From Thermoprotei archaeon (GTDB lineage: Archaea > Thermoproteota > Thermoprotei > Thermofilales > B69-G16): DNA of 53,993 nt. The stretch covers positions 1 through 53,993 of the forward strand of contig QMRG01000001.1 in assembly GCA_003649235.1 (NCBI GenBank), read 5' to 3'. The notes beneath the pieces are model-generated. The model was not told where the DNA came from. It ran no database searches and was given only the letters and a program-made list of their open reading frames with translations. This document shows positions 26,215 through 34,290 of the stretch, piece by piece. Each line of letters begins with the position of its first letter. Positions within the stretch are counted from its first letter, which is position 1. The translations under genes and the position numbers were made by a program.

Positions 26215-26886
26215 TCACTCACCAATGAGCGCTTTAATGCGACTAAGAACAACGGGTCCTACGCCTTTCACAGTCATGAGTTCCTGATCCGACGCAAGCA
26301 ATATCCGCCTCAAGCCACCAAACTTCTGAACGAGCCTCGCTGCAAGCTTCGGTGAGACACCGAGTACATTTGCGACTCGTATCACCTTCGGATCTGTATG
26401 CACCTTTCGTATCGACTGCCTGTGAGGCACATTTAGCTTTCCCTCTGCAACCTTCTCAGCTATCTTATACATGACAAATATGGCCTCGTCCTCGCCTCTG
26501 AGGTTCCAGATGACATTGATGTCATACCGAACTATCACGCTGGCTATTGCACCGAACACTGCATTGACGTTGAGGTTGCCGTACTGCTTGACTGCCTCCT
26601 TGTATTCGCCGAAGTCTCCAATTATGACCAAGAACGGTATTCTGTCCGTTCTCTGCGCGAACCTGATGAGCTTGTGCGCCTGATCAAACAAACGGCCTCC
26701 GACTCTTCCGTAGTTGCCTCGCATTGACTGGACGAAGTCCGCTACCGTCTTTCGCTCGAAGACCGTATGCTTCGTTGCGAAGTCGCCTGCCTCAAGTGCC
26801 TCGATTCGCACATCACAGCCTAGCTTCCGCAGCTTGCTCGCCCAGACCAGCTTCCACTTTTCGCGGCTGTCCACGATGAACTCCAA
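26215..26886 (-). CDS. XPF/ERCC4-family structure-specific nuclease with C-terminal (HhH)2
   Basis: It has VDSRE, then EAGDFATKHTVFERKTVADF (GDx..ERKxxxD), and a C-terminal LGVSPKLAARLVQKFGGLRRILLASDQELMTVKGVGPVVLSRI. GAGGTGA is followed after 5 nt by TTG 26886. Confidence 0.7.
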   Translation of the reverse strand: MEFIVDSREKWKLVWASKLRKLGCDVRIEALEAGDFATKHTVFERKTVADFVQSMRGNYGRVGGRLFDQAHKLIRFAQRTDRIPFLVIIGDFGEYKEAVKQYGNLNVNAVFGAIASVIVRYDINVIWNLRGEDEAIFVMYKIAEKVAEGKLNVPHRQSIRKVHTDPKVIRVANVLGVSPKLAARLVQKFGGLRRILLASDQELMTVKGVGPVVLSRIKALIGE

Positions 26887-26896
26887 TCCGCTCACC

Positions 26897-27229
26897 TCAG
26901 ATTTGCTTTCTACCGTGTCGATATGGCCTATTCCGATTCTTCCGTCGTTTCTCTTCGATTCGTTGCCCTATCGGAATGTCCAGCAGCCCCACGATATGCA
27001 TTAACCTGATAAACGAATCGGCGATCTCCTCCTCGAACGCATCTCTGTCGTCGTTTCTCCATGCCTCCATTGCCTCTGACAGCTCAGTGACCACATACAT
27101 CAGCAGCTTCGGTGCGTCCTTCCATGGCTGCTCGAAGACGAATCCGTTCTGTGTGGCCTCATCAGTTACAGCTCTCGCGATGGCCCTGAGCAGCACATCT
27201 AGCCGCTCGGGCTCCTGCAAACACTTCAA
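26897..27229 (-). CDS. MazG-like nucleotide pyrophosphohydrolase
   Basis: LMYVVTELSEAMEAWRNDDRDAFEEEIADSFIRLMHI carries the MazG E-x2-E..E-x2-D helices. TTG 27229 forms a TTGA overlap with the queC stop, so the longer track ORF would overlap queC by 127 nt. Confidence 0.55.
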   Translation of the reverse strand: MKCLQEPERLDVLLRAIARAVTDEATQNGFVFEQPWKDAPKLLMYVVTELSEAMEAWRNDDRDAFEEEIADSFIRLMHIVGLLDIPIGQRIEEKRRKNRNRPYRHGRKQI

Positions 27230-27906
27230 ATGATAGGTTCGGTCTCGTATTCCGTTGGATCCTCGACACCTGCCTCTACGAACGCTCTGTGTCTTTCCTT
27301 GCAGCTCGAGCACCTCCCACAGTGCTTTCGTCCTCCGCAATAACAACTCCACGTGAGCTCAAACGGCACACCTAGCAGCTTTCCGAGACGCACAATTTCA
27401 GCTTTCTTCATGTGAACGAACGGTGCAATGACTTTGAATGAGCTATCGTCTAGCGACACTTGTAGTGCCTTTTCGAGTGCCTGGACGAACTCAGGACGGC
27501 AGTCAGGATATACTGCATAGTCGGATGCATGGGCAGCATATGCTACAGCATGTGCACCGATCGAATAGGCGTATCCTGCAGCTATCGACAGCATGATCAT
27601 GTTGCGGTTCGGCACTACCGTCGACTGCAGAGACTGCGCGTATGCATCTGGTGTTTCTGCGGTAGGACTCGGAACTTCTGCATGACCCGTTAACGCTGAG
27701 TGAAGTACACTCTTCAGGTCCCAGAGGTCGACGAGTACATGATTGACTCCTGCTCGCTCAGCGATTCGCTTTGCGGCAGACGCCTCTCTGGAATGTCTCT
27801 GACCGTAAAGGATGGTCAGTGCGTAGACCTCGTAGCCATCGTCCAACAAATGATACAGTAGCGTGGTGCTATCCAGTCCTCCTGACAGAAGTGTCACTAC
27901 TTGCAT
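27226..27906 (-). CDS. queC: 7-cyano-7-deazaguanine (preQ0) synthase
   Basis: GGAGGTGAG is followed after 4 nt by ATG 27906. It has VVTLLSGGLDSTT (PP-loop SGGxDS), YGQRHSRE, and the C-terminal Zn site CYCGGRKHCGRCSSCKER. Confidence 0.85.
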   Translation of the reverse strand: MQVVTLLSGGLDSTTLLYHLLDDGYEVYALTILYGQRHSREASAAKRIAERAGVNHVLVDLWDLKSVLHSALTGHAEVPSPTAETPDAYAQSLQSTVVPNRNMIMLSIAAGYAYSIGAHAVAYAAHASDYAVYPDCRPEFVQALEKALQVSLDDSSFKVIAPFVHMKKAEIVRLGKLLGVPFELTWSCYCGGRKHCGRCSSCKERHRAFVEAGVEDPTEYETEPII

Positions 27907-28213
27907 GCCGCTCACCTCCGAGAAGCTTAGCCAGACGTGTCACAGGGTATTTCTGTGGTAGCAGCAACACAGGCTTTTTGACGTTGACCTCTACGGTAAC
28001 ATACTCACCTGGCAGTTTCGCTAGTTCCTGTGCGATCAGCGTAACTGCCTTGTGTTTCGTCTGCTCAACGGCCTGCTGCTTGACGCGCTGCTCAACTTCG
28101 GCTTGATTGTCAGCTCTTGGCACCACAAAGGTAGTCTCGACATGAAAGACGGCTGCACCGACAGCTACCTTCTGCGGATCGTTCAGGATCTTAGTCTCCT
28201 TAATCTCGATCAC
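27869..28213 (-). CDS. hypothetical protein embedded between folE and queC
   Basis: GGAGG (28226..28222) is followed after 8 nt by GTG 28213. The product begins MIEIKETKILNDPQKVAVGAAVFHVETTFVVP.. and matches no motif I recognise. It overlaps the queC start by 38 nt. Confidence 0.45.
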   Translation of the reverse strand: MIEIKETKILNDPQKVAVGAAVFHVETTFVVPRADNQAEVEQRVKQQAVEQTKHKAVTLIAQELAKLPGEYVTVEVNVKKPVLLLPQKYPVTRLAKLLGGERHASSDTSVRRTG

Positions 28214-28218
28214 ACCTA

Positions 28219-28797
28219 TCACCTCCTATGTGCAAGTCTCAACTTGAGGAACTCGTCTCGGGGTGCAGTGTTCCAGAGGAAGACTCCACGGCATGCGCTG
28301 CAGGTGTACGTTGACGGCTGAAAGCCCTCGAGTAGCTTGCAGGTGTGGATTGCTTCAGTTACGACGATGACACCGTTCGGTTGCAGTGTCTTCCAGAGCT
28401 CGTCCGCAATCTGCGAAGTAAACCGCTCCTGGATTTGCGGTCGTAGCGCATACTTCTCCACGAGTTGATCGAGCTTCGACATGCCCGTCACTTGATTCCG
28501 CGGAATATAACCAATATCGACGGTTCCATAGAACACCGCCAAGTGATGCTCGCATATGCTCACAAACGGTATGCCGAACGACGCAACGAGATCGGACCTC
28601 TCTGTGTACGTGCGTGTCAGTGTCACTTCACGGTTGTAGCCCTCAGTCATCCGTAGCAGCACGGAAGCTACACGGATCGGTGTTCGTTTGAAGGCCTCAC
28701 TGTTAGGATCAAGTCCGAGCTCTTCGAGGATGGCCTTAACATGTCTCGCTATGACTTTTGCCTTCGGATGGCTTTCAAACGGGACTAATGCCGACAC
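28219..28797 (-). CDS. folE: GTP cyclohydrolase I
   Basis: GAGGAGGAGGTGAAA precedes the GTG. It has FVSICEHHLAVFYGTVDIGYIP, GMSKLDQLVEKYALRPQIQERFTSQIA and VVTEAIHTC, which are the classic FolE blocks. Confidence 0.85.
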   Translation of the reverse strand: MSALVPFESHPKAKVIARHVKAILEELGLDPNSEAFKRTPIRVASVLLRMTEGYNREVTLTRTYTERSDLVASFGIPFVSICEHHLAVFYGTVDIGYIPRNQVTGMSKLDQLVEKYALRPQIQERFTSQIADELWKTLQPNGVIVVTEAIHTCKLLEGFQPSTYTCSACRGVFLWNTAPRDEFLKLRLAHRR

Positions 28798-28801
28798 ACT
28801 T

Positions 28802-29464
28802 TCACCTCCTCCTCACTTTACCCCAGATGAGGACATGTAGCTGAGGCAGCAGCCTCACATTGGGTCTGCGAATCTTCTGAACGACTTCAGCGAGCTCACC
28901 GAGCTTCTTGACATAGTCGGCTCTCCAAGTTTGCCCTTTGAACAGCGCATTGTTCGGCTGGAATACAATTGGAACTCTGGCCGGTACTCCTGCACGCTCA
29001 CAGAACCGCATTGCTTCGAGAATGTCCTTCTCATCGTTCACGACGAACTTTAGTTGCACGTTGCGCTTTTCTCGTGCAAAGCGACCTACAATGTCAGGTC
29101 GCGCATGCTGAAGCTGTCCCGAATTCGACAGCTTCGGACTCACTGTCCAGAGGTCTACGTCATAGTCTGCCCAGATCGTTCCGTTTGTCTCAATTGTCAC
29201 ACGCCTATGGCGCAACCGATCAAGTAGCTCCGTGAGGTCTTGCAGCAGCGGCTCACCACCCGTAATACAGATGTTGCGGCAACCGAGCTTGTACACCTCA
29301 CTGGCAACCTCCTCTGGTGTCATCTCCTTGAACTCTGTCCAGGCATATTTCGTGTCACAGAACGTGCACTTGAGGTTGCAGCCGGACAGCCTCACGAATG
29401 TTGTCGGTCTCCCTATGTCGAGCCCTTCACCTTGGATTGACCGATAGATTTCACACACTTTCAC
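28802..29464 (-). CDS. queE: 7-carboxy-7-deazaguanine synthase (radical SAM)
   Basis: AGGAGGTGGTGAATC precedes the GTG. The N-terminus is IYRSIQGEGLDIGRPTTFVRLSGCNLKCTFCDTKYAW, followed by ITGGEPLL. Confidence 0.8.
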   Translation of the reverse strand: MKVCEIYRSIQGEGLDIGRPTTFVRLSGCNLKCTFCDTKYAWTEFKEMTPEEVASEVYKLGCRNICITGGEPLLQDLTELLDRLRHRRVTIETNGTIWADYDVDLWTVSPKLSNSGQLQHARPDIVGRFAREKRNVQLKFVVNDEKDILEAMRFCERAGVPARVPIVFQPNNALFKGQTWRADYVKKLGELAEVVQKIRRPNVRLLPQLHVLIWGKVRRR

Positions 29465-29802
29465 GATTCACCACCTCCTGTAGGGTTAGTTTGCGTGACC
29501 TCGACGCCGAATTCAGGCGTCTCAAACAAACGCACAGTTATCTCGTTTGCCTTTGGAAAGACTGTCCAGAGCTTGCGCAGGATACACAACGCGAGTTGCT
29601 CGCACGTCATGTTGCCGAGATCTTCATGATCATACCACTTTACTACCTCCCATGTCAACATCTTGACGTCGTGGAAGTCGATCCATCCGTCGATGTCGAT
29701 GACGACCTCTAGGTGATACGTATGTCCATGAGTCCGTCCACATTTCGGATGTCCCTCGATTCGATGCGCAGCGTGGAAGTATGTCTTGTAGATCCTCTTC
29801 AC
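29461..29802 (-). CDS. queD: 6-carboxy-5,6,7,8-tetrahydropterin synthase
   Basis: AAGGAGGTGATAGTCC precedes the GTG. FHAAHRIEGHPKCGRTHGHTYHLEV carries the PTPS/QueD His triad and Cys. 113 aa. Confidence 0.8.
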   Translation of the reverse strand: MKRIYKTYFHAAHRIEGHPKCGRTHGHTYHLEVVIDIDGWIDFHDVKMLTWEVVKWYDHEDLGNMTCEQLALCILRKLWTVFPKANEITVRLFETPEFGVEVTQTNPTGGGES

Positions 29803-30053
29803 GGACTATCACCTCCTTGGTTCGGTATCACCGACATACCCAACTCAAGCTCGATCTGAGGCGGATGCCCTGCTTCCAGGCTTATCGCAAAGCGTAGTCG
29901 GTTTACATGTGGCAAGCGTTTTCCGTCGAACTCGATATAGCTTTCCTGCCACTGACTCAGTACCAGCTTCACCTTGTGAATCTGCCCTGTCGACAAATCA
30001 CGGAATGTCAGTATCATGCTGCCTCGACTATCCGTTAATTCGAGGGCTGTCAC
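29799..30053 (-). CDS. hypothetical protein adjacent to queD
   Basis: AGGAGGTGGACAC precedes the GTG. 84 aa, no motif recognised. Confidence 0.45.
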   Translation of the reverse strand: MTALELTDSRGSMILTFRDLSTGQIHKVKLVLSQWQESYIEFDGKRLPHVNRLRFAISLEAGHPPQIELELGMSVIPNQGGDSP

Positions 30054-30186
30054 GTGTCCACCTCCTAGCTTACATACGCATACGCAAACCTATTCGTCAG
30101 ACGGACTTTGAAATGAAAGCCACAGCCTGAGGAACTCGGCTGCCTCTTCAGGCGTTCCATCCGCCTCAATTATCATGGTCTGCCCA

Positions 30187-30942
30187 TCAGGCATGGGTAT
30201 CTTCAGTGTCACCTTCATTCTGCTCACCTCCTACAACAGGACAGATGTGCTTTACGGGACACCAAGTACAGTGAAGTCCGGGCTTCGCCTCGAACTCATC
30301 TCGTTCGAGGGCTCTCCAAAACTGTCTTATGCGGCGTCTCGTTGCACGGACGAGCTGATCCGTGAACTTCTTCACGTAGAACTTGTTCTCTGTCGGATTG
30401 TAGATGGCAAGCCAGTTAATTGGCGACTTGTACACTTGTGCATTCTCGAGTAGTATTTTGTAAAATGCAAGCTCTCGTTGCACCGAGCGAATCTGCGGTC
30501 GACCGGTCTTATACTCGACAATGCACAGTGAGCCGTCCTCCATACGGTCAATCCTGTCAATTGTGCCTGCCATGAGACTTTGTGGATCTGACACCGTCAG
30601 CTCTCGTGCTATCGGCATGTAGAGATCCAGCCGTCCTCGCTTCCGCAACGTCCAGTAACGCAACGCCTCGAATGACGTAAAGTTCACGCACAGCTTCCGT
30701 AGCACCTTCGGGAACTCCGGGAGCACCAGCCTCCTGAAGACCTGCTTGACTTCGTCCAGTGTCTGACACTTCCTCGCAGTCTTCAGATCCACATAGTCAA
30801 AGAAGTCCTTTGCAAACTCGTGGAACATTGACCCTAGCTGCATTTCATACGTTACCTCGCGTGGCTGTCCTTCGGTAAACAGCAACTTGAATTGCAGTGG
30901 GCACTGAATCCATACTTGTAGCATACTCTTATGCAGGAACAT
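30187..30942 (-). CDS. Cas4/RecB-like PD-(D/E)XK exonuclease with 4-Cys cluster
   Basis: There is an N-terminal Cys (WIQCPLQFKL), the nuclease core GTIDRIDRMEDGSLCIVEYKTGR, and a C-terminal CTWCPVKHIC. Confidence 0.7.
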   Translation of the reverse strand: MFLHKSMLQVWIQCPLQFKLLFTEGQPREVTYEMQLGSMFHEFAKDFFDYVDLKTARKCQTLDEVKQVFRRLVLPEFPKVLRKLCVNFTSFEALRYWTLRKRGRLDLYMPIARELTVSDPQSLMAGTIDRIDRMEDGSLCIVEYKTGRPQIRSVQRELAFYKILLENAQVYKSPINWLAIYNPTENKFYVKKFTDQLVRATRRRIRQFWRALERDEFEAKPGLHCTWCPVKHICPVVGGEQNEGDTEDTHA

Positions 30943-33312
30943 CTACCAGACCTCGAGTGTTGTCTGTCGCGTTCCCGTAATTACAGTATTCCAATCGAGT
31001 CCCAATGCGGCTAGTAATCCCTCGAACTTCTTCCGTAGCGTTACCTCCTTCATGCGTTTCCAATCCACCACGACACTTCTGGGTAACCGTTCAACATCCT
31101 CTGTGATACATATCGACTTGCACGGACGACTTCCTACACGAATCGTATACACGAGTTTGGGCTTCCTATCCTCACGGAAGTGCCAACCGAACTCCTTTTC
31201 GGCGACTCGCATGCCTTCAAGCCAAGGATTTCTCGCCTTGTACTCTCGGTGCAAGTCCACACCTTTCGGTATTGCAATGTCCTGCACAGGAAGCTTCTCA
31301 AACTGCTGGTAGGCCTCTCTAATGACTCCCACGGCACCTTTGAGGTCGTTCTCTGCAAGCAACTTCATGAAAAAGCGCTTCATCGTTCGTCGCGTAATCT
31401 CTGCCGTGTCGCCTCGCCTCGGCTCAAACCCGATGATGTACAGTTGACCTGTATCCGTGATACCTGCGTAACGCTTCTTCACTGCACCCTTCTCACCTGG
31501 CTTGAAGAATATCCTCACGAAGAGCCTTTCGAACTTGATCTCCGGCGGTCTCTTTGCGCCGTAAGTCCTCGCGAACTTATACAGCTCCTCGTTCAGCATA
31601 TGTTCGATCACATGTACCATTCGCTTACTCTCAGACGGAATTTGCACGTAGACACTGTCGGTATCCGTGTACACGAGCGTATAACCTATCTTCTCAAGTG
31701 CCTTACGCAAACGCGTAATACATTGACGTCCAACCCACGTAATTGACGCCGTACAGTCCGGATCATACAATATGAACGACTCGTGTCCAGTCGCGCCGTA
31801 TACACTACAGGCCAAAAACTTATACAGCGTCTCAAGCTGCCGTACGCGCTTGTATTCCTCTGAACCTTCGGGCAGCTGCTTACGCAAAGCCCTGTAATGT
31901 TCACGTTGCTCCGTGAAGCGACGGACGACACGCGGAATCAAACCTTCCGGTTGCCGCTTAAACCGTGCGATGCCGGCATAGATTTCACCGTTCGGATCCT
32001 TCGTTTCAGGCGAGACGTTAAAGTTGCAGATAATCGTCGGATACAGCGACTTCAAGTCGTAAGCCGCAACGTTCTCATAGATGCCTGGTCTAGGCGGCGA
32101 AATCACCAGTGCGCCCTGAATATCCGCCTTCTCATGCTGTGACCGTGTGGGCAGCGGCCTCTCACGGATTCGCAGTAACTCCACCTCAATGAGGCGTTTG
32201 TTACTGAACGCCCACTTTAACGGTGCACCTACGATCCGTCTCAACTGATCAAAGTAGTTGACCAGTCCACAGTACCGGTCGAGCAACTTCAGCGCATAAG
32301 CGTCCTTTGCAGCATACTCAATCAGCACATCCGTACCTGCAATATCCTCGATTCTGTCGCCGTAGTCCGTATACTCGAAGCCTGTCTCAGTCTGGACGAC
32401 AACCTTAAAGTCGTAAGTCACCCCGAAAGGCCTATCCGTCTGAACACCCTGTCTGCCTGACGTCCACTTCTGATAAGCGCGATACAAATCGAACACTTCA
32501 CGGCCTTTCACGCTTACGTCAAATCTGAACTTACCGTGAAGACTCCTTTCGACGCGTACATAACCTAACGGAGAGATCTCACTCAGAGGCACACCTAACC
32601 TCTTACACCTCATATACAGGTACGGAAAGTCGAAATTCTCGATGTTGTAGCCTGCCAATATGTCAGGATCCTCACGAACGATAAACTGAATCACGCTCAT
32701 CAGCATGTCAATCTCACTATCAAAGAAATGCACTCGGGCAACAATTTGGTCTGTGCCCTCATTGTGCTTGCACGGATACACATACACAGGCTTCTCCGAG
32801 TAGTGAGACTCTCCTGGCGTATAGACGAACACCTCGACAGTCTGCGAATGACTGGAGGCGAACTGCATAGACACAATGGGCCATCTCGCATCTTCAGGAC
32901 GCGGTAGGATCTCCTTCGGAGACAACACTTCGATGTCGAAATAGAGCACCTTCGGAGGTGTACCTAGCGGCTCTGCAGGACGGACTTCATTGTCGACTTC
33001 GAATCCGCAGCGTATTCCCTTGTCGATCAGGTAGCGCAACGCAAATGGAATGTTGGCCTCACAGTGGTACTCGTATCGTTCACGCAAACGCCTCACTTCG
33101 CTGGGATGATTCGCGTAAATCTTCCGGATCGGTCTGCCGAAGATGTCGGTCTCAGGACCGTGTGGGTCGGCAGCCCAGAAGTATGGCCTAAATGTGTCGT
33201 CTTCGACACGGACTCTGTTGCCGTGCTTGTCGCGACCAAACAGTACTACGACTGCCTTGCCATCCGCATTTGTGTAGTAGTCTGCCACCATCAAGTCAGC
33301 ACGAACTGGCAA
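30943..33312 (-). CDS. polB: family B DNA polymerase
   Basis: Exo I is LYFDIEV, Exo II is YNIENFDFPYL and Exo III is YAAKDAYAL. Pol A is AYDLKSLYPTII, Pol B is KFLACSVYGATG and Pol C is VYTDTDSVYV. Confidence 0.9.
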   Translation of the reverse strand: MPVRADLMVADYYTNADGKAVVVLFGRDKHGNRVRVEDDTFRPYFWAADPHGPETDIFGRPIRKIYANHPSEVRRLRERYEYHCEANIPFALRYLIDKGIRCGFEVDNEVRPAEPLGTPPKVLYFDIEVLSPKEILPRPEDARWPIVSMQFASSHSQTVEVFVYTPGESHYSEKPVYVYPCKHNEGTDQIVARVHFFDSEIDMLMSVIQFIVREDPDILAGYNIENFDFPYLYMRCKRLGVPLSEISPLGYVRVERSLHGKFRFDVSVKGREVFDLYRAYQKWTSGRQGVQTDRPFGVTYDFKVVVQTETGFEYTDYGDRIEDIAGTDVLIEYAAKDAYALKLLDRYCGLVNYFDQLRRIVGAPLKWAFSNKRLIEVELLRIRERPLPTRSQHEKADIQGALVISPPRPGIYENVAAYDLKSLYPTIICNFNVSPETKDPNGEIYAGIARFKRQPEGLIPRVVRRFTEQREHYRALRKQLPEGSEEYKRVRQLETLYKFLACSVYGATGHESFILYDPDCTASITWVGRQCITRLRKALEKIGYTLVYTDTDSVYVQIPSESKRMVHVIEHMLNEELYKFARTYGAKRPPEIKFERLFVRIFFKPGEKGAVKKRYAGITDTGQLYIIGFEPRRGDTAEITRRTMKRFFMKLLAENDLKGAVGVIREAYQQFEKLPVQDIAIPKGVDLHREYKARNPWLEGMRVAEKEFGWHFREDRKPKLVYTIRVGSRPCKSICITEDVERLPRSVVVDWKRMKEVTLRKKFEGLLAALGLDWNTVITGTRQTTLEVW

Positions 33313-34000
33313 TCTGCAGCAACCTCCCTGTTAGCCGTCTCGCAAGGAAGTGCTGGAAGCCGTCGAACCGTGCGTTGACTGGGACTCTTGACAGCCCGTC
33401 AACAGGCCGCTCCACTTTGTGGTAGGCAAGCGTCAACGGCAAACTCGTATCCACCGAGCGTATCGCACCTTTTGGGTACTGCTTCAGCTCGTTGAAGTCG
33501 TCAAGTCCCAACAAGTGATGTGCAACATCTCGGCGCAACAAGTTCTTCTTGCGTAGCTTACTGAATACTGCAAACCGTGCACCAAACTTCTTCTGCAACC
33601 ATATGGGCAGTCCTATCGTGTCCACATCGAGCTTGGCTACCTTTCCGTAATACTCAATGAACTCTTCAGGATTGCGTCCTTGTGGCACGGCACAGACGCG
33701 GCACCACGAAGGCTTATACGACTCCAGAAAGTGCTTGGTCAGTTCTAGGGAGCGCTCACCATCCATCAAGACGTCCGGTGCAACCATCTCATCTGCGTCT
33801 ATCTGCGCCGCTAGGTACACGAACTCCTCATCAGGTAGCGGCCGACCGAGCTCATACGCTCCATTATCAATCATCTTGAACTTGTCGGATGCCGTGTAGT
33901 AGTCATATAGCAACTCATTGTCGGGCACCACAAAGTGCATGGTGCCCATCTCAGCGTACTCCAGCAGGAATATCGACCGCGGTATGATTGCCACCCACAT
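33296..34000 (-). CDS. dpdA: DpdA-like DNA guanine transglycosylase (TGT superfamily)
   Basis: TAATG overlap at 34000. TGT-barrel blocks appear in order: KMIDNGAYE (cf. DSGGFQ), DEMVAPDVL, CAVPQGRN, VDTIGLP, HLLGLDD and RSVDTSLPLTLAYH. No Zn CxCxxC site is present. It is adjacent to the preQ0 genes. Confidence 0.6.
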   Translation of the reverse strand: MWVAIIPRSIFLLEYAEMGTMHFVVPDNELLYDYYTASDKFKMIDNGAYELGRPLPDEEFVYLAAQIDADEMVAPDVLMDGERSLELTKHFLESYKPSWCRVCAVPQGRNPEEFIEYYGKVAKLDVDTIGLPIWLQKKFGARFAVFSKLRKKNLLRRDVAHHLLGLDDFNELKQYPKGAIRSVDTSLPLTLAYHKVERPVDGLSRVPVNARFDGFQHFLARRLTGRLLQIASSC

Positions 34001-34290
34001 TACTTCTTCCCTCTCATTCTTGCCTCTTCGTAGAGTTTTACGAGTGCCATCACGCACAGATTCACTATATGTATGTGCTCCTGTATTATCTTATCCAGAT
34101 ACTTCGACGGTATCCTCATGAGCCGCTTTGCTCGATATGCAATCACGCCGTCTAATGTTCGCCATTCCATGTCGTACCATGCATCCTGATACAACTTGCG
34201 TTTCTCTCTGACGATCTGCAGACACTTGTCGAAGAGCTCCTTGAGCACTGAAGTGTATTTTGATTCTACGATCTCGGCTCTGTCGCTCAC
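34000..34290 (-). CDS. DUF1599/MazG-related helical protein
   Basis: GTGA overlap with the upstream stop. KLYQDAWYDMEWRTLDGVIAYRAKRLMRI resembles the DUF1599 signature (YG.aWr.....l.d.i.iK..Ri). Confidence 0.4.
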   Translation of the reverse strand: MSDRAEIVESKYTSVLKELFDKCLQIVREKRKLYQDAWYDMEWRTLDGVIAYRAKRLMRIPSKYLDKIIQEHIHIVNLCVMALVKLYEEARMRGKK

